Source of the DNA: a virus
Length of the DNA: 64,000 nucleotides
Virus record (IMG/VR): IMGVR_UViG_3300009509_000010
Span: 1 to 64,000 of that record
Reading direction: 5' to 3' (one strand)
In this document: positions 56,731 through 64,000 of the stretch, piece after piece
How the letters are laid out: each line of letters opens with the position of its first letter
Position numbering within the stretch: the first letter of the stretch is position 1
Program-made: the position numbers and the translations under genes
The notes under the pieces: model-generated
The model's database searches: none
The model's input: the letters and a program-made list of their open reading frames with translations, nothing else
Told to the model about the DNA's origin: nothing

Positions 56731-59700
56731 ATGGCAACCGGGACAACTTTTGCAGCGGTAACCGAAAAACGACTTTTTGGAACGGCCGACTTTCGGGATC
56801 GGTTGCTTGGGCACCTCCGCACGCTAGTCCAAGAGAGCTACGAGAAATCCTACCGGGGTGGGTGTGTTTACGACGCGGCCCTAAATTTGATTTCGGGCGG
56901 AAACGACAAAATAACGATCTCGGGCACTAGCCTTGCAACCGATGGCCAAGGCCACCTCCTCGACGTAGCGCCGAGCGGATTTGCAACAGGTTTGCAATTT
57001 CAAAACACCGCAGCGGTTGAATACGAGATCGGCCTACACTACGCCGAGGTTCCAAGCGGAATCCAAATCAACCCGAGGACGGGCCTACCTGAGTTTGTCG
57101 GGTGGGATGAAACGATCGGCGAAAGTGGCACCCCGGATCTGGTCACCGATAACGGAAACGGAACGATCACTTTTCGGGTTAACACAATCACCGAGTCGGG
57201 CGTTTCCAACGCTGGGCGCAAGGTGCGGGTTTACAAAAACATACCCGGTCCCAACGCCACCACCGAGGTGGTGGCGATTGAGGAGCTCACCGTAGCTTGG
57301 ACCGGGAGCAACAACGAGATCACCACCGCGGCGGTTTTCGGCCAAGAAACGGTTAGCACCACCGCGGCCGATTACACGGTGGTTTTGATGGGCGCAACCA
57401 TCAAACGCAATACCACGCTTTACGACGTTGACGGTTACGCGTTTCTAGGCAAGGTGACCGGTGGGGGGTCGGGAGCTCCGCCGAGCGGGTTTGATGTCAC
57501 CGACCAAGACGTGATCGACATGTCGTTGTCAGACATGGCCGACATTACGAGCCGCAACGCCACCACCGATCGGCTCAAAATCGACGTGAAAAGCTACACC
57601 GGGGACGTGGGTGATCCACAAATTCAGGTTCGGGACCCCAGTGGGACTCCGGTTTTTACCGTTGACGGTAACGGTAACGTGGTGATTGAGGGGACCACCA
57701 CACAACAAGATTTTGTCCAAGTAAACTCGAGCGAGACGATCACCGACAATTTGACCGCGGGCGACGATGGCGCCACCGACTCCCACAAAATCAAAGGCAC
57801 GTGGTGGCACACCAACAACGCCGAGACCGCGAATTATTTTCACATTGACGGGGCGACGGGCCACATTGGTTTAAACAAACCCGCAGATTCGGGCTTTTGG
57901 CTAGATGTCGCAAATTCGGCTCGGTTTCAAGGACTTGTGCAATTCGCAAGTGCGGTTCCAAATATCCAATTTTTGGAAACCGACGTTGCGATTGATGATG
58001 GTGGTTTGTGGCGTTTGATACTCACAAACGGCGACATATACTTCCAAATGAATACCGCCGCGGGGGGTGATTTTACCTCCGCAACAAGTTGGTTGCGCTT
58101 TAATCGCGCACTATCAACGATATACTCGTATTTCAATTTTTCCCCAATTTCGGACGATACAAGGGACATAGGTTCGGCCGGTTTGGAATGGAAAGATCTT
58201 TATATCGACGGGACAGCCTACGTTGACACGTTAAGCCTATCAACGGTGGCGGGCGAGGGCGTTGCAACAAGTATTATCCCAACGACCAACGGGACCCTTA
58301 ACCTTGGCAGTGTGGCCTATAGGTGGAATCAAATCATAACCGAGCAACTCGATAGTTACTTGGATACTGACACCGCCACCACACCGGCAATTTGGGCAAA
58401 GCATGATGCCACCTCGGTGACCAATACCCGGTTATCGTTGGCTAGATTACAAGCCGATACCGACGCAGCGGTGGCAAATGATTTTGGTGGAAGTGTGGAG
58501 CTCGACATCAAAGACACCACCGTTGCCAAAGTGCAGTGGTGGCGACGCGGGGCGGATGATCAGTGTGATCTTTACTTTTTCCTCCGGGATGCTGTTGACG
58601 CAAACACCGCCCAACTAAAACTCAAATACGACGGCGGGATGGATGCCCGCACGATTTTGCCGTTTGCGACCGATACCTACGATCTCGGCTCGCCGAGCTA
58701 CAGGTGGGCGAATATCTACACCGCAAACTTAAACGTCGGTGAGGATATCAACCCGGCGGCGGATCTTACCTATGACCTCGGGCAACCTTCGGTGCGTTGG
58801 CTCAATGTATACACCCAAAACGTGGCCGGCGGGCCAGGGACAGGGACTGATTTTGTCAATATCAGTGGCCCTGATTACGTCAATATAAACGGCCCATTGT
58901 ATCTTGGCGGTTTCGACTACGCCGAGCCCAGCGGGACCATGGCGGGAGGTGGACATACCTTTCTTGCGCAAGAAGCAACCGGGGCGTTGGTGCTTGCGAC
59001 CGAAAACGGTGATGGTCGAGTCAATTTGACTTGGAACGCCTATTTTGATGGCACGACGTGGCGCGGTTGGAAAGGCAGCGGCGAAGGCGCCACCCGTTTG
59101 CAAATCACAGAAAACGTGGGTCTTTTAGAATGGACTTGGTGGGTTGACGATTCGGTGTCCACCCCTGGCGAGATTGCAAATGTTAGGTCAATCGACCAAA
59201 AACGCTTTGTTATCGGGTCCGCCGGTGTTTGGGCTTATGACAAAGTGATCATTGAAAGCACAGAGCCTCGGAGTCATTATGTTGATTCTGACCTTGCCGT
59301 TGACGCCGGTGGCCTTTGGCGAATTCGGATCGTTGGCGGTGATTATTCGTTGGAGGAAAATACCGCGGCGGCTGGTAACTTCACTACGATATCGGGCTGG
59401 TTCCGGACTGACCGAGCAAACGCCGCTATTGAGTTTTATAAAAACGTTTGGCCGAGCGCCGATGATTCTTTCGACCTTGGGACCGCGGCCCAACAGTGGC
59501 GCCACCTTTACATTGACGGGACGGCCAATATTGACACCCTATCTTTAGACACCACCGACGGGCTCGGGGTGGCTTCGCACCTAAAACCAACTACCACCGC
59601 AACCTACGATTTGGGAGGAGCAAACCGGTATTGGCGTGATCTTTATCTATCGGGTGGTATTACGAGTCAGGGGATTTTATATCTCTTGTCAGATATTGCC

Positions 59701-62700
59701 CTAGAGGAAACCATCGTTATCCAAAATACCGGGGTATCTCAAGGAGGTTCATTCATCAAGTTTTGGTCCAACGAGGTTGACCTAAATAACGCAACTGACC
59801 CAGAAGACGTCCTCGGCGGATTGCGGTTCTATGGTGACGCTGGGGACGGCGTGAATAGTTACCTTGGCGCATCGATGAGAGCGGCCGCTAAAACCGGGTG
59901 GAATGTCAGCAATGCGGAATCAAAACTCGTTTGGGCGTTGGCCGGTTCTGGTGAAACAACCGCAACTGACCGTTTGGCGCTTAACTCGGTTCAGTTATAT
60001 CCAATTACGGACGATGCACTAAACCTCGGGTCAGCGACCAACGAGTGGGGCGACCTTCACATTGACGGAACGGCTTACATTGACACATTATCTTTGGACA
60101 CCACCGACGGGCTTGGGGTAGCAACGACAATTAAGCCAACGACCGACGGGTCATTCGACCTCGGGAGCTCAACACGGGAATGGCGCAACCTATACGTTGA
60201 CGGGATTGCGTATGTTGACGCTCTTGTTTTATCGTCGGCTGCGGCGGAAGGTGTGGCGAGTCACATTGTCCCAACGGCCGACGATTCTTACGATTTAGGT
60301 AGTTCATCGTACAAATGGCGATCCCTTTATCTCGACGGGACGGCCTACGTTGACACCCTAAGTCTATCCACAACGGCGGGCGAGGGTGTAGCTACTGATT
60401 TGATCCCTACATCAAACGGTGTGGCGGCCCTTGGGAGCAGCTCTTACCGGTGGTCAAATATTCATGCGATTGAGGGGACGTTTTACAGGTCAACCGATAC
60501 GCTCTCAACGGGCCTGTTGTCGGTAACCCATTATGTACCATCCGGCGGTGCATCCCGAGCTAAACTAGCCGAATTCGTGGCTACCGCGGGGGCCAGTAAT
60601 ATCAACGGTTTCGGTGGGTTTGTCTCGTTTTACAACGGGGCAAATGAGGTGGGGCGGATTGAGTGGTCTCGCAACGGAGCCAACGACCAAGCTGATATGG
60701 TTTGGCGGCTCAACTCGGTGGGCGACAACATGGTCAACCAACTGACGTTGCACTATAACAACGGGATCGAAACATACCACCATTACCCGTACGCCGCCGA
60801 TACCTGGGACCTTGGCACGACTGGTCAAGAATGGCGGGACGTTTACGCCATGCAGTTAAAATTGATTCAAATAAGCCCGAGAATTGAATGGCGGGACGAA
60901 AGCCTTGCAATTGACGCTGGCGGACTCTGGCGTAACATATTGGCGGGTGGTGTTTATCGTATTGAGGAAAATACCGCTGTGGCGGGTGATTTTTCAACTA
61001 ACAAGTATTGGTTTGTTATCAACAAAACAAACGCGTGGGTTGAGACAGGTGCTGATTTTATTCCGAGAGCCAACTCGGCTTACAATCTCGGAAACGCAAC
61101 GCATTGGTGGTTGGACGCCTACATTGACCGAAATTTGTATATTGATGACGGGGAATTTTATTTACAGCTCAATGGTGGTAACCCATACATCAATTTCGCA
61201 ACGACCGGTGGTGTGGACGCGTTTTGGTACAGCCGTGGAAATAATCGTTTTTATTGGCGTATCGCAGGGGATGACAGTATTTTTGCCCTTGACGCGACTA
61301 ACGCAAAATTCAAAGTTGATGTGGTGCCCAGTAGTCAACGCGGGGCCGACCTCGGCACCACTGGATCGAATTGGGATTGGACTTACACTCGAAACGTAAC
61401 GTCCGATGATTACTTGTTTTTGAGTAGTACAGATGATCACGTGTACCTAGTCAACTGGGAAGCGGTCCCGGTTGGGTCACTTGCCGGGAGCAATGTAACC
61501 ATGGTTACTGGCAACGGCAATTGGACAACCCAACTACAGGCCGGGGCGGGCCGGGTTAATTTGTCTTGGAATTCATACTACGATGGCACCACTTGGAGGT
61601 ATTGGGACGCGGGCGGGGACGGTGCAACGCGTATGAATATTTCAACAAGTGGCGCCACCACGTATTGGGAATGGTGGTTTAACGATACGGCGCCAGCGGC
61701 GGCCGGTGATACGCTCACTTGGATTTCCGGGGCATCTTTGCGTATAGACTCCGGTGGTATCACGACGAAAAACATTGAGGCCGTTGCAGGTAACACGTAC
61801 GACATAGGCGCATCAGGTGCGTATTTTGAAAACTTGTACGCAAATACCCACTACATTGACGCAACTTTTTTGGCGTTTATCAACGGCTCAACTCCGCGGT
61901 TAACCTGGGATTCAACCGATTGGATACAATACAATCGGACAGACAACAAATGGCAATTTGGCGTGGGGGATTCGACAAAATTTGAAATTGCGTCGAGTTA
62001 CATCAATGTAGGTTTTTCAAACACCACGCCACCGGCTTTATTTAATGTAGGATATTATGGTACACCGGGCACGACCGATTTGCGAGGAAGCCACATTCAT
62101 TCATATCTAAACTCGAACCTCAGTTCGGTGGCCGGTACCCGGAGGCGGTTGGTTTCGATAGGTGGCGCTGTATCAAACGAGGAATACCTGACCATATCGC
62201 AATACCGTGTGTCAACTGGGTCACAGTGGGATACGTCGGCAATTATTCTATCCCGCGAAGTTGACAACTCGGCGGACATCGGCGGGTATATTCAATTTGG
62301 GTCCGCGGATTTCGACGTCAAAGGGCATTGGCGCCCCTCTGCTGATTCGACCTATGAGCTAGGCGGATCAAATTATCGTTGGTCGACGATATATTCTGGA
62401 AATATCACCAGCCAACGAGACGCGACCGGGGCGGCGAACGCAGCAGCTTTTTTCACGCATAATGGTTTGACTACTGTTGATGTGGAATTGTTGATTGCGA
62501 GGTTTAACGCAGAAACCGACGGTACGCAGGCTGACGGGTTTGGTGGTTATGTCAGGTATGAATCAGAAGGTCTTTCAAAGGGTGAACTGAGGTGGGTCCG
62601 TGACGGTGGAAATAATCAATACGACTTTTATTGGCTTACCCACAACAATACGTCTTTAACTGAGCGGTTGCGATTTCATTGGGATGGCGCGATCAGTTTA

Positions 62701-63555
62701 CTTGCGGACGCTAATTTCAATTTTAAATTTTCGACCGACGATCCAACGATAACTTTCGATTCCGGTACCGACGAATTGAGATACGACCGATCCGCAAATA
62801 GTTGGTATTTCACGGTTGGAGGCTCCAACACGTTGATAGTGTCCGGGTCTGCTTTGACGACTCTTGGTCCTATTTATACCTCAGGCGCTGGTCATGATAT
62901 CGGCTCTAGTGGTCAATATTTTAGTACACTTTATGTTAATACCATAAATCTCGGGGCAGGCGATGATGGTAATGGGTTCCGAACACATTGCAAGCCTTAC
63001 TTGGACGAGCAGTTTGACCTCGGTAGCACGTTGTACCAATGGAGGAATCTCTACGTCAACCAAACTGCTTACATCGACGTTTTGAGCCTTTCGACGGTAG
63101 CTGGCCAAGGCGTCGATTCGTACCTAAACCCAACCAACACCTTGAAAGATCAAGGTAACTCGACCTATTTTTGGGATTATACTTATACCGATCGGCTATA
63201 CACCCGTGAGGGCAACAACTACACGTTCGATAATTATGACGACTTGGCGTTGATTGATGAATACAACCCGAGCGGCGTGGTGGTCGAGGTGGATAAAGCG
63301 GGCGAGGTCCGGATCCTACAAAGGGCCTCAAGGGGCACCTTACCTTGGCCCATGCTTGGACCTCGGGACCCCATGGCGCAATCGTGGTTTATCGATATCA
63401 ACGATTCGTTGTATTTTCTTTTGGGCGCAATCAAGCAGCTCCACAACAAACACAAGGCCGAGGTGGCCGAGCTCCGAGCCAAGATCGAGGACCTCGTAAG
63501 CCTAAAAAGCCGGGTCGAGTTACTTGCTCGCAAGATGGAGGCGTTGACAGCATGA
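56731..63555 (+). CDS. Giant tail fibre / receptor-binding protein with repeats and C-terminal chaperone-like coiled coil
   Basis: Many P..D..YDLG....W..LY repeats; C-terminal LLGAIKQL...coiled coil. Confidence 0.85.
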   Translation: MATGTTFAAVTEKRLFGTADFRDRLLGHLRTLVQESYEKSYRGGCVYDAALNLISGGNDKITISGTSLATDGQGHLLDVAPSGFATGLQFQNTAAVEYEIGLHYAEVPSGIQINPRTGLPEFVGWDETIGESGTPDLVTDNGNGTITFRVNTITESGVSNAGRKVRVYKNIPGPNATTEVVAIEELTVAWTGSNNEITTAAVFGQETVSTTAADYTVVLMGATIKRNTTLYDVDGYAFLGKVTGGGSGAPPSGFDVTDQDVIDMSLSDMADITSRNATTDRLKIDVKSYTGDVGDPQIQVRDPSGTPVFTVDGNGNVVIEGTTTQQDFVQVNSSETITDNLTAGDDGATDSHKIKGTWWHTNNAETANYFHIDGATGHIGLNKPADSGFWLDVANSARFQGLVQFASAVPNIQFLETDVAIDDGGLWRLILTNGDIYFQMNTAAGGDFTSATSWLRFNRALSTIYSYFNFSPISDDTRDIGSAGLEWKDLYIDGTAYVDTLSLSTVAGEGVATSIIPTTNGTLNLGSVAYRWNQIITEQLDSYLDTDTATTPAIWAKHDATSVTNTRLSLARLQADTDAAVANDFGGSVELDIKDTTVAKVQWWRRGADDQCDLYFFLRDAVDANTAQLKLKYDGGMDARTILPFATDTYDLGSPSYRWANIYTANLNVGEDINPAADLTYDLGQPSVRWLNVYTQNVAGGPGTGTDFVNISGPDYVNINGPLYLGGFDYAEPSGTMAGGGHTFLAQEATGALVLATENGDGRVNLTWNAYFDGTTWRGWKGSGEGATRLQITENVGLLEWTWWVDDSVSTPGEIANVRSIDQKRFVIGSAGVWAYDKVIIESTEPRSHYVDSDLAVDAGGLWRIRIVGGDYSLEENTAAAGNFTTISGWFRTDRANAAIEFYKNVWPSADDSFDLGTAAQQWRHLYIDGTANIDTLSLDTTDGLGVASHLKPTTTATYDLGGANRYWRDLYLSGGITSQGILYLLSDIALEETIVIQNTGVSQGGSFIKFWSNEVDLNNATDPEDVLGGLRFYGDAGDGVNSYLGASMRAAAKTGWNVSNAESKLVWALAGSGETTATDRLALNSVQLYPITDDALNLGSATNEWGDLHIDGTAYIDTLSLDTTDGLGVATTIKPTTDGSFDLGSSTREWRNLYVDGIAYVDALVLSSAAAEGVASHIVPTADDSYDLGSSSYKWRSLYLDGTAYVDTLSLSTTAGEGVATDLIPTSNGVAALGSSSYRWSNIHAIEGTFYRSTDTLSTGLLSVTHYVPSGGASRAKLAEFVATAGASNINGFGGFVSFYNGANEVGRIEWSRNGANDQADMVWRLNSVGDNMVNQLTLHYNNGIETYHHYPYAADTWDLGTTGQEWRDVYAMQLKLIQISPRIEWRDESLAIDAGGLWRNILAGGVYRIEENTAVAGDFSTNKYWFVINKTNAWVETGADFIPRANSAYNLGNATHWWLDAYIDRNLYIDDGEFYLQLNGGNPYINFATTGGVDAFWYSRGNNRFYWRIAGDDSIFALDATNAKFKVDVVPSSQRGADLGTTGSNWDWTYTRNVTSDDYLFLSSTDDHVYLVNWEAVPVGSLAGSNVTMVTGNGNWTTQLQAGAGRVNLSWNSYYDGTTWRYWDAGGDGATRMNISTSGATTYWEWWFNDTAPAAAGDTLTWISGASLRIDSGGITTKNIEAVAGNTYDIGASGAYFENLYANTHYIDATFLAFINGSTPRLTWDSTDWIQYNRTDNKWQFGVGDSTKFEIASSYINVGFSNTTPPALFNVGYYGTPGTTDLRGSHIHSYLNSNLSSVAGTRRRLVSIGGAVSNEEYLTISQYRVSTGSQWDTSAIILSREVDNSADIGGYIQFGSADFDVKGHWRPSADSTYELGGSNYRWSTIYSGNITSQRDATGAANAAAFFTHNGLTTVDVELLIARFNAETDGTQADGFGGYVRYESEGLSKGELRWVRDGGNNQYDFYWLTHNNTSLTERLRFHWDGAISLLADANFNFKFSTDDPTITFDSGTDELRYDRSANSWYFTVGGSNTLIVSGSALTTLGPIYTSGAGHDIGSSGQYFSTLYVNTINLGAGDDGNGFRTHCKPYLDEQFDLGSTLYQWRNLYVNQTAYIDVLSLSTVAGQGVDSYLNPTNTLKDQGNSTYFWDYTYTDRLYTREGNNYTFDNYDDLALIDEYNPSGVVVEVDKAGEVRILQRASRGTLPWPMLGPRDPMAQSWFIDINDSLYFLLGAIKQLHNKHKAEVAELRAKIEDLVSLKSRVELLARKMEALTA

Positions 63556-64000
63556 CAAAGCCAAAGGTTTTGATTTCAACGGCGTGGTGGCCCTCAAAAA
63601 CTCGGTGGTTTAGTCAATACTCGGCCGGGGTGACGGCCCAACTTGACCAGCCAGGATATGAGTCAGAGCTGTTTATTACCACGAGCTACGCTGGCCACAA
63701 GTTTGAATCGATTACGAGGTCAATGTTTCAAGCCCAGCAATGGGCCGATGCCCACGGATTCACCCATATTTTAAACGTCGAGGCCGACAAGGTGTTACCA
63801 CCGGGCACGTTGGATCGCCTATTATCCCACCAAAAATTGGTGGTTTACGCCGGGGATGCAATTGACGGCGGCGGGCAAGGCCTAACCAAGATCGGTGTGT
63901 ATCAAGGTGGTGGGGTCAAGGGGTGGGGGGTGGTGCTCGTTTCGGTCGAGATTTTGCGCCACGTTCCGTTTGACGTATACGCGGGGCAATGGCTTTGGCC
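63552..64000 (+). CDS. Glycosyltransferase (GT-A/GT2-like), truncated by the window end
   Basis: Manual translation MTKPKVLISTAWW...GFTHILNVEADKVLPPGTLDRLL...GWGVVLVSVEIL; ATGA-coupled to the fibre gene. Confidence 0.6.
   Translation, partial: MTKPKVLISTAWWPSKTRWFSQYSAGVTAQLDQPGYESELFITTSYAGHKFESITRSMFQAQQWADAHGFTHILNVEADKVLPPGTLDRLLSHQKLVVYAGDAIDGGGQGLTKIGVYQGGGVKGWGVVLVSVEILRHVPFDVYAGQWLW

Noticed and set aside
56731-63555. Diversity-generating retroelement target/template repeats in the fibre
   Set aside because: Repeats differ at all bases, mainly synonymous positions, rather than only at adenines; no reverse transcriptase in the window
1081-63555. Stop-codon reassignment, tRNA genes or integrase
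   Set aside because: Genes are full length and tightly coupled under the standard code with all three stops used; no cloverleaf or recombinase motifs recognised

Overview
This window is a continuous 64-kb piece of a tailed dsDNA phage genome of contractile-tail (myovirus) type. It is moderately GC-rich and almost all genes lie on the + strand. From left to right: a 30-bp tandem repeat cut by the window edge; one divergent small regulator gene and an AT-rich control region with inverted repeats (~760-1000); an early/replication module (AEP primase-SF3 helicase, ThyX, a truncated helicase paralogue, ~15 small often Cys-rich ORFs, Cas4/RecB-like nuclease, SF2 helicase, SSB-like protein, family-A DNA polymerase, RuvC-like resolvase, HTH protein, Gp157-like protein); a head module (TerS, TerL, portal, gp7/F-like protein, an 862-aa protein ending in an XkdF-type protease, scaffold, major capsid); ~10 kb of probable head-decoration/accessory genes including a patatin phospholipase; then neck, sheath, tube, frameshifted chaperone, tape measure, baseplate, a 2274-aa tail fibre and a truncated glycosyltransferase. 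No integrase, tRNA, CRISPR array or reverse transcriptase was seen. The most notable feature is the prohead-protease protein: it carries ligase-like and phosphoesterase-like modules whose catalytic residues appear systematically lost, recurrent hydrophobic-x-Lys candidate cleavage sites, and the scaffold shares a C-terminal W-x-x-V-L tag with a distant gene. Together these suggest a head-cargo loading and processing system. Also notable are a defective mini-copy of the replicative helicase and an intact patatin paired with a membrane protein inside the virion operon. All assignments come from reading motifs by eye; no database searches were run.
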